Notes: a model not told the origin generated them from the sequence alone. A stretch of DNA of 64,000 bases from Candidatus Latescibacterota bacterium (GCA_963662665.2 CAXXJS010000010.1:288001-352000); one strand, 5' to 3'; shown: positions 20,174 through 31,423, counted from the first letter of the stretch. Numbers and translations: made by a program.

Positions 20174-21805
20174 GAGTCTGCGCCGCAGGAAAATTCATTT
20201 CAATGGACATGTAGTTGTAGGTATAATGGGTCGTGTAGTTGGTATATGTCAAGGGTATCGTTGTGTGTTATGTCAGGGGAGGGAGCGATCCATGCCGACA
20301 ACGTTTCGACCGTATCACCCGGACCAGATATTGCTGTTGGCGCCGGATCTTCGGGAGTGGGTGCCTGAAGGTCATCTGTCGCACCAGGTGAGCGATCTGG
20401 TGGATTCCCTGGATCTGGGGTCGTTCTACGCGCCCTATGAAGGCGATGGTCGTCGCAACGCGCCATATGATCCATCGATGATGTTGAAGGTATTGATCTA
20501 TGGGTACGCGACGGGAGTGTATTCGTCTCGAGCGATCGCTGGGAAGCTGGAGGAGGACGTGGCGTTTCGTATGTTGGCGGCGGGCAATTTCCCACAACAC
20601 CGGACGATCTGCGAGTTTCGGCGTCGTCACCTGGAAGATTTCGGGCGTTTGTTCGTGGAGGTGGTTGGTGTGGCACGGGAGATGGGCCTGGTACGTTTCG
20701 GGACGTTATCTTTAGACGGCACGAAGGTACGAGCGAAGGCCAGCAAGCGCAAGGCCATGAGTTACGAGCGGATGTTGAAGGAACAGGCTCGTCTGGAGAA
20801 AGAGATCGGGGCGTTGCTTTCGGGTGCTGTGTCGATTGATGCCGAGGAGGATGCACGTTACGGCGTGGATGTTCGTGGCGACGAGTTGCCGGTCGAGTTG
20901 CAGCGCAGGCAGGCTCGTCTGGCGGCGATCAGGGCGGCGAGGGAGCGTCTGGAAGCATCGCAACGAGCCGTCGACGATGCGCGCGGGCGCAAACCGGGTC
21001 AGAAGCGCAACCCGAAGGGCGGGCGGCCTTACAAAAGAGCCTATGGCGAGCCCGACCCGAAGGCTCAGAGCAACTTCACGGACCCCGAGTCTCGGATCAT
21101 GAAGACGAGCGCGGAGGGGTTCCAGCAGTGCTACAACGCGCAGACGGTGGTGGACGCCGAGCGTCAGATCATCGTGGCTGTGCATCTGGGGTCACAGGCC
21201 ACCGATCAGGGCTTTATGCTCCCCTTGCTGGATGGTGTGCAAGAGACATTCGGGGTCAAGCCGGACGCGGTTCTGGCGGATGCGGGCTACTGCAACGAGG
21301 AGGACCTGGCCACGCTTGAGGAGCGTGGCATTGATGGTTACGTGGCGCTGGGGCGGGAGGGCAAGGAAAAGGTGGACGTCGATTCGGAGACGCTTCCGGC
21401 GACCCATCGCATGGGCGAGAAGCTCACCAGCCCGGAAGGTCGGGGCCTGTATGCGAAGCGCAAGTGGCTCTCGGAGGCGCCCAACGGATGGATCAAGGAG
21501 GTATTGGGCTTCCGGCGCTTCAGCTTCCGGGGGCTGGAAAAGGTGCGTGCCGAGTGGGATCTGGTCTGCCTCGCGTTGAACGTCAAGCGGATGGCAGCGT
21601 TGTCGATGTGTTGAAGCATGGGTTCGGGTGTCCTGTCCTTATGGACTCGACATACGGGAAACCACGATCCCTGGAATCTCGCCCTCAACACGCCTGCCTG
21701 CAACGATCACCGTACCCAAAACTCATCATACCACTCCCAACATAACGACCAACCCGACTCACGGACACACCTCGCCCTTTGTAAAAACTCCTGCGGCGCA
21801 GACTC
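20174..21805 (+). mobile_element. IS1182-family insertion sequence
   Basis: Perfect 17-bp TIR GAGTCTGCGCCGCAGGA; CTAG duplicated at 20170-73 and 21806-09. Confidence 0.93.
20292..21614 (+). CDS. IS1182-family transposase
   Basis: YDPSMMLKVLIYGY, LDGTKVRAKAS, NFTDPESRIMK, LADAGY, GFRRFSFRGLEKV. Confidence 0.93.
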   Translation: MPTTFRPYHPDQILLLAPDLREWVPEGHLSHQVSDLVDSLDLGSFYAPYEGDGRRNAPYDPSMMLKVLIYGYATGVYSSRAIAGKLEEDVAFRMLAAGNFPQHRTICEFRRRHLEDFGRLFVEVVGVAREMGLVRFGTLSLDGTKVRAKASKRKAMSYERMLKEQARLEKEIGALLSGAVSIDAEEDARYGVDVRGDELPVELQRRQARLAAIRAARERLEASQRAVDDARGRKPGQKRNPKGGRPYKRAYGEPDPKAQSNFTDPESRIMKTSAEGFQQCYNAQTVVDAERQIIVAVHLGSQATDQGFMLPLLDGVQETFGVKPDAVLADAGYCNEEDLATLEERGIDGYVALGREGKEKVDVDSETLPATHRMGEKLTSPEGRGLYAKRKWLSEAPNGWIKEVLGFRRFSFRGLEKVRAEWDLVCLALNVKRMAALSMC

Positions 21806-21903
21806 CTAGGCCTGGAATACAGAGGAAACCTCGAGCAATACCGCACTGACGCCGGCGTACAATAGCAGTTGGAACTCGATTCCGGATACCGGAGGTAGCC
21901 CCA

Positions 21904-22329
21904 ATGTCAACCAGCAAAAACGCACGAATTGCCCGGGAGTCCCTCGAAGCCGCCTTTGCGTGTGACTGGAAGCGACTTCGCGAAACCTACGCCGACGACG
22001 CGACCATGGTCGGCGGCGCACTTGACATCCGGGGTGCGGATAACATGGTGGCGCTCTGGCGCGGCTGCCACGAGGAAGAGCGGGACATGCGGCTCGAGAT
22101 TCTCAATATCGTCGCAGACCACGACATGGTCGCCGTGGAGTTTTACTTTAGGGGTATCGTAAACCAGCCCCTTCCCGGGCTGCCCGAAGCAATGTACGGC
22201 AAACATCTGGATGCCACCGAAGTGCATATGTGCCGCATACAGAACGGGAAAATAACCGCCGTGACGATCTACGGCGGCGTCTTGGAATCCCCCGACGTCC
22301 CACTCAAGCGGGTCTGGGTGGCCAAATAG
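21904..22329 (+). CDS. SnoaL/NTF2-like protein
   Basis: YADDA, IRGAD, IVADHDMVAVE, RIQNGKIT. Confidence 0.8.
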   Translation: MSTSKNARIARESLEAAFACDWKRLRETYADDATMVGGALDIRGADNMVALWRGCHEEERDMRLEILNIVADHDMVAVEFYFRGIVNQPLPGLPEAMYGKHLDATEVHMCRIQNGKITAVTIYGGVLESPDVPLKRVWVAK

Positions 22330-22342
22330 GGAAACAGGTTGT

Positions 22343-23452
22343 ATGCCCTACCCGCAGATCGACCATCGCGACGTCGCCCTTAGACCCCTTGGGGAGAGAC
22401 GCAGCAAATTCTCGATCGACGAGATCATGGTCGACCCCGACCAGGCCGCTCCCGACCCCGGACCGCTGGCGGACAGGCTCCGGCGCGTTGCCAGAGAAAT
22501 ACAGCGCGCCAGGCGGCGGGGTGCGTCCGTCATACTGGCCTACGGCGCCCATCTGGTCAAGAACGGCCTGGCGCCCGTCGTGGTCCGAATGATGAAGGCA
22601 GGCTGGGTCACCCATCTGGCCACCAACGGAGCCGGCACGATTCACGACTGGGAGTACGCCTTTCAGGGGCGCTCCGAAGAAGACGTGCGGGCTAACGTCG
22701 CACAGGGGTGTTTCGGCACGTGGGAGGAAACCGGACGCTACATCCATCTTGCCATTCTCAACGGCGCGTTGCAAGGCATGGGGTACGGCGAATCCCTTGG
22801 GAAATTTATCTGCGACGACGGTTGCGATATTCCCACCCGCAGCGACCTGGCATCCACCCTGCGCGCCTGGGCAGATGGCCCCACGGATTCGCCCGGCATG
22901 CCCGCGCACGCCGAACTGCTCCAGGTCCTCTCGCGATTTGACATTCCTTCCGGCCGCTGCCGCGTCGAACATCCATATGGGGATATGTCCCTTACCGCTG
23001 GAGCCTACCGACTCGGTGTTCCGCTTACCGTTCATCCCGGTATCGGCTACGACATCATCCACAATCATCACCTCGCCAACGGGGCGGCCGTTGGCCGCGG
23101 CGCGGATATCGACTTTCGGGTGTTCGCACGGGGTGTCGTCGATCTGGATGGCGGCGTGTTTCTCTCAATTGGCTCGGCCGTCATGGCGCCGCAGGTCTTC
23201 GAAAAGGCCCTCTCGCTGGCCAATAACCTGCGTATTCAGGAACGCAAGCGCGTTGTACACCCGTTCATCGTTGTCAACGATCTGGCGCCGATGACCTGGG
23301 ATTGGTCCAGGGGCGAACCTAACAAAGACAACCCGGCGTATTACCTCAGGTTCTGCAAGTCGTTCAGCCGCATGGGAGGAGAGATGGTATACGTCGACGG
23401 CGACAACCGGAACTTTCTGCATAATCTCTACCGGATTCTGGATGCGACGTAG
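22343..23452 (+). CDS. Deoxyhypusine-synthase-like (DHS fold) protein of unknown function
   Basis: VILAYGAHLVKNGL, HLATNGAGTIHD, TVHPGIGYDIIH, IGSAVMAPQVFEKA. Confidence 0.65.
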   Translation: MPYPQIDHRDVALRPLGERRSKFSIDEIMVDPDQAAPDPGPLADRLRRVAREIQRARRRGASVILAYGAHLVKNGLAPVVVRMMKAGWVTHLATNGAGTIHDWEYAFQGRSEEDVRANVAQGCFGTWEETGRYIHLAILNGALQGMGYGESLGKFICDDGCDIPTRSDLASTLRAWADGPTDSPGMPAHAELLQVLSRFDIPSGRCRVEHPYGDMSLTAGAYRLGVPLTVHPGIGYDIIHNHHLANGAAVGRGADIDFRVFARGVVDLDGGVFLSIGSAVMAPQVFEKALSLANNLRIQERKRVVHPFIVVNDLAPMTWDWSRGEPNKDNPAYYLRFCKSFSRMGGEMVYVDGDNRNFLHNLYRILDAT

Positions 23453-23546
23453 CGGCGAACCGCAAGAATCACCGGTCCCGTCCCGCTTTACGACAGCATG
23501 GCCATACCTGCCTGCAGCGCCGCGAACGACTCCTCGGAAGGACGCC

Positions 23547-24719
23547 ATGGACGCCGTGCCCGAACGGGTTTTCCTCATCCACTATCACGAAATCGGCCTG
23601 AAGGGCAGGAATCGCGGCCGGTTCGAACAGCAACTGCTCACAAATATCGGGCGTGCGTTGAAAGGACTGCCACGTGGCGCCGCCCGCCGTCTTTCCGGCC
23701 GCATCACTCTGGAACTCGTGCCGGACGCAGATCTGGGCGCCATAAGGGAACGTCTGGCCGACGTGTTCGGGATTGCGAATTTCTCCGTAGCTGTTCACGT
23801 TCCCAATGCCATCGAACGCATTCGGGCGGGGGCGTGGGACGTCGTCCGGAACGTGGAGTTCGGCTCTTTCAAGATTGCAGCACGTCGCGGCGACAAGAAA
23901 TTCCCGCTCACGTCCGAAGAGATCAATCGTGACGTGGGCGCCCACGTCCAGACCCTCTCCCGGGCAAGGGTCAAGCTGGATGACCCGGACCTGACATGTT
24001 TCATCGAAGTTTCGTACCAGGGCGCCTTCATCTATACCGGGAAAACACCCGGACCCGGCGGTCTTCCCGTCGGCGCCAACGAGCGCGCCGTCAGTCTGCT
24101 GTCCTCGGGTATCGACTCGCCCGTTGCTTCATACAAGACGATGAAACGCGGCGTACGGCTCTCCTTCGTACACTTTCACAGCCAGCCGTATACCAACCGA
24201 AGTTCCCAGCGCAATACAGAGGAACTCGTCCGCGTGTTGACACGATACCAGTACCAATCGACACTGTATCTGGTCCCGTTCGTTGAAATCCAGCGCCGCG
24301 TGATGACCCATGCGCCGCCCGGTTACCGGGTGATTTTCTACCGCAGAGCCATGTTGCGCATCGCCGAAGCCATCGCCGAACGGGAAGGCGCCCAGGCCCT
24401 GGTCACCGGCGAGAGTATCGGTCAGGTCGCCTCACAGACGCTGTCCAATATGCGCGCCATCGAGGAAGTGACACCGCTCCCGCTCCTGCGTCCGCTGTCC
24501 GGCGACAACAAAGAGGAAATTATCGATCTCGCCAGGCGCATCGGGACCTACGACATTTCGATCGAGCCCTATGAAGATTGTTGCACGGTTTTTGTGCCCA
24601 AACATCCCGAGACCCGCGCCAGTCTGAAGACGGTTCACGCGATCGAACCGAAACTCGACCTCGTCCCGCTGATTGAACAGACACTGAAGGCGACGGACGT
24701 CAAGACAGTAAGGATCTAA
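23547..24719 (+). CDS. thiI: tRNA 4-thiouridine synthase (THUMP + PP-loop, no rhodanese domain)
   Basis: HEIGLKGRNR, GPGGLPVG, LLSSGIDSPVA, TGESIGQVASQT, EDCC. Confidence 0.93.
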   Translation: MDAVPERVFLIHYHEIGLKGRNRGRFEQQLLTNIGRALKGLPRGAARRLSGRITLELVPDADLGAIRERLADVFGIANFSVAVHVPNAIERIRAGAWDVVRNVEFGSFKIAARRGDKKFPLTSEEINRDVGAHVQTLSRARVKLDDPDLTCFIEVSYQGAFIYTGKTPGPGGLPVGANERAVSLLSSGIDSPVASYKTMKRGVRLSFVHFHSQPYTNRSSQRNTEELVRVLTRYQYQSTLYLVPFVEIQRRVMTHAPPGYRVIFYRRAMLRIAEAIAEREGAQALVTGESIGQVASQTLSNMRAIEEVTPLPLLRPLSGDNKEEIIDLARRIGTYDISIEPYEDCCTVFVPKHPETRASLKTVHAIEPKLDLVPLIEQTLKATDVKTVRI

Positions 24720-25639
24720 AGATCCGTCCGGTCGCCGCGCCTCCCGCCCGTTGCTATTCCGAACCTTTCAAAAATCGCGTCCAGCAGGTGCCGGATCGCA
24801 GGGCCGAAATAACGGCCCTGGCGCCACGCCACGCCGATTTCGCGGCTGAATTGCACGCCCGTCACGAGGATGGTCACCAGCGCTCCCGACGTGAGCGAGT
24901 CCCTTACGGCCAGGTGTGGCAGGAAAGAAATTCCCACGCCCACCTCAACCAGTTTCCGCATGGCCTCGGGGCTTCGCATTTCCATGACCACGCCGGGGGA
25001 CACGCCGGCCTCCGCGAACCGTTCGTCCACAATCTTACGTGACACGGAATCCGCGTGAAAAAGGATAAGGGGTTCCTCCGCCACTTCCTGCAGGCCAACG
25101 GAGGAACGCCGGGAAAACCGATGCGATGCCCCAACGACCAGGGGCATGGAATCTCTATATATGGATACCGTGTTCAACTTCGGATGGGTGAACGGAAGTG
25201 AAATTACGGCGAACTCGGAACGGTTCATTAGCAGGTCCTCAACCAGGTACCTGGAAGGCGCCACCTGTACGGAAAGCGCTACGTCCGAACAGTCCCGCAT
25301 ATATGTCTTAAGGATATCGGGAAGCAGATACGTCACGGCGGCGTCGATCGCCCCGAACTGGAATCCTTCGCCCGGCAGTATGTCACGGCGTTTCAGCCGA
25401 TCTTCGGTTGATTCAACCAGATCCTGGATCTGCATGCCGTAATTCGCCAGCGTTCTTCCCTCCATCGTCAGGCCCACGTGGCGGCTGCCCCGGTTGAAGA
25501 GGCGGACCCCAAGCGCACGCTCCAGGTCCGCCACCCCGCTGCTGACGGTGGGTTGCGTCACGTGCAGTTCTCGCGCTGCCTTGCTGAAGCTGTTTGCGCG
25601 GGCCACAGCCAGGAAATATTTCAGATGCTGCAGGTTCAT
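24716..25639 (-). CDS. LysR-family transcriptional regulator
   Basis: SFSKAARELHVTQPTVS...LERALGVRLFNR. Confidence 0.93.
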   Translation of the reverse strand: MNLQHLKYFLAVARANSFSKAARELHVTQPTVSSGVADLERALGVRLFNRGSRHVGLTMEGRTLANYGMQIQDLVESTEDRLKRRDILPGEGFQFGAIDAAVTYLLPDILKTYMRDCSDVALSVQVAPSRYLVEDLLMNRSEFAVISLPFTHPKLNTVSIYRDSMPLVVGASHRFSRRSSVGLQEVAEEPLILFHADSVSRKIVDERFAEAGVSPGVVMEMRSPEAMRKLVEVGVGISFLPHLAVRDSLTSGALVTILVTGVQFSREIGVAWRQGRYFGPAIRHLLDAIFERFGIATGGRRGDRTDL

Positions 25640-25663
25640 AGACGTCCCCTGGACCGAGAAAGA

Positions 25664-25680
25664 TATAGAATATACCTATA
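25664..25680. promoter_or_regulatory. LysR-type T-N11-A operator between lysR and ino1
   Basis: TATAG-AATATAC-CTATA in an AT-rich divergent spacer. Confidence 0.55.
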
Positions 25681-25785
25681 AATAATATAGTTATTATTCA
25701 TTTGTTAAATATATAAAACTTCCTATCTTTCAAACCACGTTAATTTCATTGCGGCTGATTTCTCACACCTCCAAGGAGTCTTTCA

Positions 25786-26868
25786 ATGGCCAGAAAAGTC
25801 CGGGTTGCCATCGTCGGCGTTGGCAACTGCGCATCTTCTCTCGTTCAGGGCGTACATTATTATAAAGATGTTCCTGTAGACGCCTTCATACCTGGCCTGA
25901 TGCATCCCGAACTGGGCGGCTATCACATCAGCGACGTCGAATTCTCCGCCGCGTTCGACATCGACAGGAACAAGGTGGGAATTGACGTCAGCGAGGCCAT
26001 CTTTAAGGAACCGAACAATACCGTCAAATTTGCGGATGTTCCCCACCTTGACGTGCCCGTTCAGCGCGGAATGACCCACGACGGCCTCGGACGGTATCTC
26101 CGCGAAGTCATCGAAAAGGCGGACGGCAGTACCGTGGACGTGGCGGAGGTCCTGAAAGCCACGGGTACCGACGTGGTGGTGAACTATCTCCCGGTAGGCA
26201 GTGAGGAAGCCACGAAGTGGTACGTGGAGCAGGTTCTTCAAGCGGGCTGTGGTTTTGTCAATTGCGTGCCCGTCTTTATTGCCAGCGCAGGGCACTGGCC
26301 CGAACGCTTTGAAAAGCGCGGTCTTCCGATTATTGGAGACGATATCAAATCACAGGTGGGCGCCACTATCGCCCACCGGGTGCTCACCCGGCTCTTCCGT
26401 GAACGGGGCGTCAAGCTTACGCGCACGTACCAGTTGAACTTCGGCGGGAATACCGATTTCTACAACATGCTGGAACGTTCCCGGCTGGAGTCCAAGAAAA
26501 TCAGCAAGACCAATGCCGTTACCTCCCAGTTGGACTACGACCTGGGAGAGAAGAATGTACACGTCGGCCCGAGCGATCATGTGCCGTGGCTGGAAGACCG
26601 GAAATGGTGTCACATCCGGATGGAGGGCGAAACCTTTGGCGGCGTGCCGCTCAACCTTGAACTGAAGCTGGAAGTATGGGATTCGCCCAATTCCGCGGGT
26701 GTTGTGATTGACGCGGTTCGTTGCTGCAAGCTGGGCCTCGAGCACGGCCTCAAGGGACCGTTATTGGGTCCCTCCTCGTACTTTATGAAAACCCCGCCCG
26801 AGCAGTTCAGCGACGATGAAGCCCGGGAAATGGTGGAAGATTTCATCCTGCAATACGGTCGGAAATAG
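25786..26868 (+). CDS. ino1: myo-inositol-1-phosphate synthase
   Basis: [48 protein letters not shown]. Confidence 0.95.
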   Translation: MARKVRVAIVGVGNCASSLVQGVHYYKDVPVDAFIPGLMHPELGGYHISDVEFSAAFDIDRNKVGIDVSEAIFKEPNNTVKFADVPHLDVPVQRGMTHDGLGRYLREVIEKADGSTVDVAEVLKATGTDVVVNYLPVGSEEATKWYVEQVLQAGCGFVNCVPVFIASAGHWPERFEKRGLPIIGDDIKSQVGATIAHRVLTRLFRERGVKLTRTYQLNFGGNTDFYNMLERSRLESKKISKTNAVTSQLDYDLGEKNVHVGPSDHVPWLEDRKWCHIRMEGETFGGVPLNLELKLEVWDSPNSAGVVIDAVRCCKLGLEHGLKGPLLGPSSYFMKTPPEQFSDDEAREMVEDFILQYGRK

Positions 26869-26912
26869 CGGGTCCAATCCGGCTGCGCGACACGGCGGAG
26901 GATACCGACGCC

Positions 26913-28732
26913 CTACGAGATATCAAAGACCATTACGACGAGGACGTCCTCGCCTTCCTGCTGGACGGCCACGCCCCAACGCGTCCATTCCTTACCCAGA
27001 ATTCCCCTTCTGTGAGCCACGCTCAGCATCATAAACGTATATACCTCCTCAACGGAAGGACCCCGGCCGAAACTCTCCGCGCCCCCGTGCGTCCGCTCGG
27101 ACGTGAAGGCGCCGGACGACACCACGTCCCATATTTTCGCCCGCGCGAACTCCATCAGCTCCGGATCCGACTCGAGGGCCGGCAGTTCCAGGCGGCTGCG
27201 TGCCGCATGAACCATCGTTGAAAGTCGGTCTCGGGCATCATCCGCGCCCCGAAACGGCATAACGGCCAGGACCATCTTCCCGAGCGGCGGCGGATCGCCC
27301 ACCACCAGCGGCCGGTCTTCGATCACTACGGACCCACGGGTGAGCTGCCCACGGACCTGCACCCGGTAATGACCGGGCGCCGCAAAAACGCTCTCCGGAA
27401 AAACACAGCGAAAGCGTTCTCTCTCACGCGCGGCGGAAATTTCAATGACATTCCCGTCGGGTAACCGGAAAACCGCCGCCAACACCCGTTTGAGGTCTGA
27501 ACGTACGGCGCCGGCCACCTGCAGGCGACCCCCGGTCTGCAGGCGCTCCGGCGTGGCTTCGACCTCCGCCAGACCGCTCTCCAACGCTCCCCAGTACCTG
27601 TAGGCGTTGACGAAGGTTTTGATCCGGGTCCCGTCCGGAAACTCCTCAACGTGGTTGCCATTGGCGTCGCTTTGAGTACGCCGGCCGTCCGGAAACGTCT
27701 CCAGCCGGTTGCCCTGAGAGTCGGTCTGTATCTCCCGGCCGTCAGGAAGCGCCTCCAGGCGGACGCCGTCCGCGCCGGATTGTACCTTTCGCCCGTCCGG
27801 GAATATTTCCATGACCATGCCATCCGCGTGATGTTCCACACGTGAGCCGTCCGGTTTCCGGATCACCGTGGAGCCATCCTTTAAGACCGTTCGCCTGGTA
27901 CCGTCAATGTAGACCTCCACCCGCTCGCCGTCCGGACCCTGTTGTACGCGCCGCCCGTCCGCGAATTCCTCGAGTACCGTACCATCCGGTGCCCGGGTCA
28001 GGCGTCGTCCGTCAGGGAACACCGTCACCCGGTGTCCTTCTCTGGTCACGGCAACCCTTCGCCCGTCTGCATGCCGCGTTTCGCTCATTCCCTCGGGAAA
28101 GGTCATCTCCACGGTTCCATCTCTGCGTTTGACGTGAAAGGTACCGTCCGCAAACCGCGTTTGCTCCCGGCCATTCGGGAAAATCGTACGCTGCGTTCCC
28201 GTTTTGAAGTATTGAACGATACGTCCGTCGGCAAAACGCTCTTCACGGTTACCGTCTGCAAATGTGGCGGCGATTCTTCCGTCGGGATGCGTCATCCGCA
28301 CATTGCCCCTGACGTCGGTCATCTCCACTCTGCCGTCGGCATAGTATTTTTCACGCGCCCCATCGGGCAATTCCACTTCCACGCGTCCGTCGGGAAAAAC
28401 GATTCGCTGCCTGCCATCGGGAAACGTGGTCCATTCGCGACCGTCTCTGTATTTGCGTCTGCGCATGCCCGAACCGGGCGACGTCTTGCTTCGGGGCTTG
28501 GGCCAGACCCCTGCCAGAACCCGCATATAGCCCTCCGGCGGCATCTCGGCGCGTTCGCCGGACCGGTGGCGAAGTCGGGGAAAAATGCTCTGATGGACCC
28601 CCACCGCATCTTCGAGCGCCAGGCGATTTTCAACCGGGCGACCACCAGGCAGAGCCAACTTGCCGTAAACGCCGGGGTGCAGATGCAGGTAGAGATACTG
28701 AAATCTTCCCAGCGTCTCGCCGTTTTCGCTTT
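26913..28732 (-). pseudogene. 3' part of a lipoprotein gene (Tcp10/G-box-like FPDGR repeats + CAP-like domain) split by the IS1595 element
   Basis: Many (F/Y)PDG(R/T) repeats; C-terminal MLSVAHRRGIL...WGVAV; joins in frame to 37941-38414. Confidence 0.85.
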
Positions 28733-28768
28733 GGGGCTTATATACAAAAAGACAGGTAGAAAGGAGGG

Positions 28769-28806
28769 ATAAAAATAACTCCTTCTCGGCTGAAACCAAA
28801 AGGAGT
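28769..28806 (-). terminator. Intrinsic terminator inside the left end of the element
   Basis: Minus strand ACTCCTTTTGG-TTTCAG-CCGAGAAGGAGT-TATTTTTAT. Confidence 0.55.
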
Positions 28807-28905
28807 CTGGGGATGGGGGAGATAGTTGATTTTTTAGTAGATGCTTGGAAAATGAATATTGTGAAATACTCAGTGTTGGCTTTGTAGTAAGGTGATATAG
28901 AATAC

Positions 28906-29211
28906 TCAGTCTTTTAATTCAATGAACAGTAAATCATCCAATTCTTTCAAAAAATCATCCAAACGTTGCTGAGAAGTCTTTACAGCTTTCTCTATTTTTT
29001 GAAGAGTAGCAGGGTCAGTTATTTCTTGTTTTTGAGCAGTTTCTATATACAAATTGGGTTGAAGAACTAGGTTGTGTAGAGTTTGTCTGATTTTTTCACT
29101 TTTACTAATTCTTGTAGCTATGCTTAGTAACATAACAGACACTTTTAGTGCGTTTATTTGTCTTGTGTTTTCAGCAATTATGGTTTCCAGTTCTTTTATT
29201 TTTTCGGACAT
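28906..29211 (-). CDS. Hypothetical coiled-coil protein (cargo)
   Basis: 101-aa AT-rich ORF with RBS GAAGGG. Confidence 0.6.
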   Translation of the reverse strand: MSEKIKELETIIAENTRQINALKVSVMLLSIATRISKSEKIRQTLHNLVLQPNLYIETAQKQEITDPATLQKIEKAVKTSQQRLDDFLKELDDLLFIELKD

Positions 29212-29373
29212 AATAGACGCCCTTCATTAAACTCGGTTTGCCCACACCCTCCATAGGGTTTTGCGAAAAATGCAGAAATTAATCATAATTCAAAGCAGTG
29301 CTGTTGACCAAATTGAGGGATTTATTTTAGCGGTTAAAGACCACTGGACAAAGCTAACGGGAAATTCCTCTAA

Positions 29374-31071
29374 TCTGAATAATTCACAAAAAAGGTAGTT
29401 TCCTTACCCAAGTCATTGTATTATATTATGGTTACGAGAATAACCTGATAACAATGAACCGGGAGGAAACTACCGTGGCAGGTCAAGATAAACAACAAAG
29501 GATGTCTTTCGCAAGTGTTTCTGGCAAACGGGTAGAAGCCACCTTCGACGGGGGCATGCTGACCAGCGACACCGGGGCGATGCTGCTTCGCGAGGTGGAA
29601 TCCAGAATCGGCATTTTGTGTCGGATCGTCGAGGCGATAACAGATCGTCGGCATCCAAGTTACGTGGATCACCCGTCGGTGGACCTGCTGACTCAGCGTG
29701 TCTTTCAGATGGCGTGTGGGTATGAGGATGCGAACGACTGCAATGCGTTGCGTAGTGACCCCGGCTTCAAGGCGGCCTGCGATCGGTTGCCGGTCACCGG
29801 TGCCAACCTGGCCAGTCAACCCACGATGAGTCGGTTCGAGAACCGGATCACCAGAGGTGACTTATATCGTATCGCGAAGGCCTTTGCCGATGCGTTTATC
29901 GCCTCGTATAAGCACCCCCCTGAAGCCATTCTGTTGGATATCGATGACACGGAAGACAAGGTGTATGGATCCCAGCAGTTGTCGTTATTCAATGCGTATT
30001 TCAAGGGCTATTGCTACCAACCCCTGCATATCTATGAAGGGCAAACCGGCAAGTTGATCACGACGGTCTTGCGTCCGGGCCGCCGACCCACGGGCAAAGA
30101 GATCGTGTCGATTCTCAAACGGGTGATCGCCTACCTGCGTAAAGCATGGCCCGATGTCAAGATCCTGTTGCGTGGCGATTCACACTTTTCGTGTCCGGAA
30201 GTGCACACGATGTGTGACGAAAACGATGTGTTTTTTATCCTCGGACAAGGCGGAAACGCGGTGCTGCTGCGGTTGGCACAGCCCTTGATGGACCAGGCCA
30301 AAGCGCTGTATGCCGATGGGGGAAAACCTGTGCGCCTGTATCGCTGTTGGGACTATCAGGCCGGCAGCTGGTCTTCCCCACGCCGCATCATCTGCAAGGC
30401 AGAAGTCACCCCGCAAGGTCACAATATCCGATTCGTGGTCACCAACCTGAACGGCGCACAACCGTCATTCATCTACAAAACCGCTTATTGCTCACGCGGC
30501 AGGATGGAAAACTTCATCAAGAATCACAAGACCTTTCTGCATTCCGATCGCACCTCTTGCCACACCTTCCACGCCAATCACTTCCGGCTCTTTCTCCACA
30601 GCGCCGCCTATGTGTTGGTGCACGCCCTGGCCCATATCGGGTTGCGCGGCACCACGTGGACGAACGCCCAGTTTAATACGCTGCAAAACCGCATCTTGAA
30701 AGTCGCCGGGCGCGTTTGTGAACTGAAAACCAAAATCACGTTCCATCTGCCAACGGCGTTTCCACTCAAACACCTCTATCGAACCATGCTCTACAATCTG
30801 GGAACCGCCATGCCATAACGTTTCCATCTGGAACAGGCCGCCTTCACGTCTTGATTGCTACCACCAAAAGCCATGGAGAAGTCTGTGCTCTTGGCAGTCA
30901 CAACAAGGTCATCCTGACGCCTCCACGCAACCCTGCTACAAAAATACACCCTGAAATCGCTTGAAAACGCCAGTTCCGCACAGCCAGCTTTCTCCTGCGT
31001 TCTTAGACTCACTCGAAAGCTGCTTCTGCTGCACGAATCTGCAATCCCTGACGATTCATGAATAGGTCAGG
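29374..31071 (+). mobile_element. IS1380-family insertion sequence nested in the IS1595 element
   Basis: Imperfect TIRs TCTGAATAATTCA / CCTGACCTATTCA; CTAA duplicated at 29370-73 and 31072-75. Confidence 0.85.
29454..30818 (+). CDS. IS1380-family transposase
   Basis: FDGGMLTSDTG, GYEDAND, LASQPTMSRFEN, LDIDDT, LRGDSHF, RGRMENFIK. Confidence 0.93.
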   Translation: MNREETTVAGQDKQQRMSFASVSGKRVEATFDGGMLTSDTGAMLLREVESRIGILCRIVEAITDRRHPSYVDHPSVDLLTQRVFQMACGYEDANDCNALRSDPGFKAACDRLPVTGANLASQPTMSRFENRITRGDLYRIAKAFADAFIASYKHPPEAILLDIDDTEDKVYGSQQLSLFNAYFKGYCYQPLHIYEGQTGKLITTVLRPGRRPTGKEIVSILKRVIAYLRKAWPDVKILLRGDSHFSCPEVHTMCDENDVFFILGQGGNAVLLRLAQPLMDQAKALYADGGKPVRLYRCWDYQAGSWSSPRRIICKAEVTPQGHNIRFVVTNLNGAQPSFIYKTAYCSRGRMENFIKNHKTFLHSDRTSCHTFHANHFRLFLHSAAYVLVHALAHIGLRGTTWTNAQFNTLQNRILKVAGRVCELKTKITFHLPTAFPLKHLYRTMLYNLGTAMP

Positions 31072-31335
31072 CTAAGGGCTTTACGGATTCTTTTGGCGGC
31101 ATCGTTGACAAACTGCTTTTGTGCAGTTTTGACGAGTTCGTCGTAAGTGAATCTATTTCCACAGACAAGGCACTTGTAGTGATCTTTACTTTCAATTTCA
31201 GCCTCTTCTATAGGCGACTTGCATTGGCGGCAACGGACAATAATCTTCTCGTCCATGAGAAAGTTCCTTTCGAGGTCTAGTGTGACATCAGGGACACAGC
31301 TTCATGGAAAATTACAAAAAACACACTTTTATAGC

Positions 31336-31373
31336 AAAAGCCACTGATCCTAAAATATCGCAGGGTCAGTGAC
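31336..31373 (-). terminator. Intrinsic terminator after the DUF2513-like gene
   Basis: Minus strand GTCACTGACCCT...AGGATCAGTGGC-TTTT. Confidence 0.55.
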
Positions 31374-31423
31374 TCTTTCATTTAAGTTTTAAAGAATTAA
31401 TAGACATGAATTTTGAATTTAGT

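Larger units (their letters stand above)
19441..21865 (+). pseudogene. NAD-dependent epimerase/dehydratase interrupted near its 3' end by IS1182
   Basis: GAAGWLG, YGVTK; removing the IS restores ...SREILGLEYRGNLEQYRTDAGVQ* (stop 21863-65). Confidence 0.85.
29354..31256 (-). pseudogene. Small CxxC-CxxC zinc-binding protein (ECs_2282-like) interrupted by IS1380
   Basis: CRQC...CLVC; removing IS1380 gives ...KRIRKALRGISR*. Confidence 0.65.

Noticed and set aside
27600-28450. Periodic CCGTC/GGAAA DNA repeats
   Set aside because: Explained by the encoded FPDGR protein repeats.
28733-28799. N-terminus MVSAEKELF... of the 628-aa ORF
   Set aside because: Read-through from the transposon end; the true 5' part is at 37941-38414.
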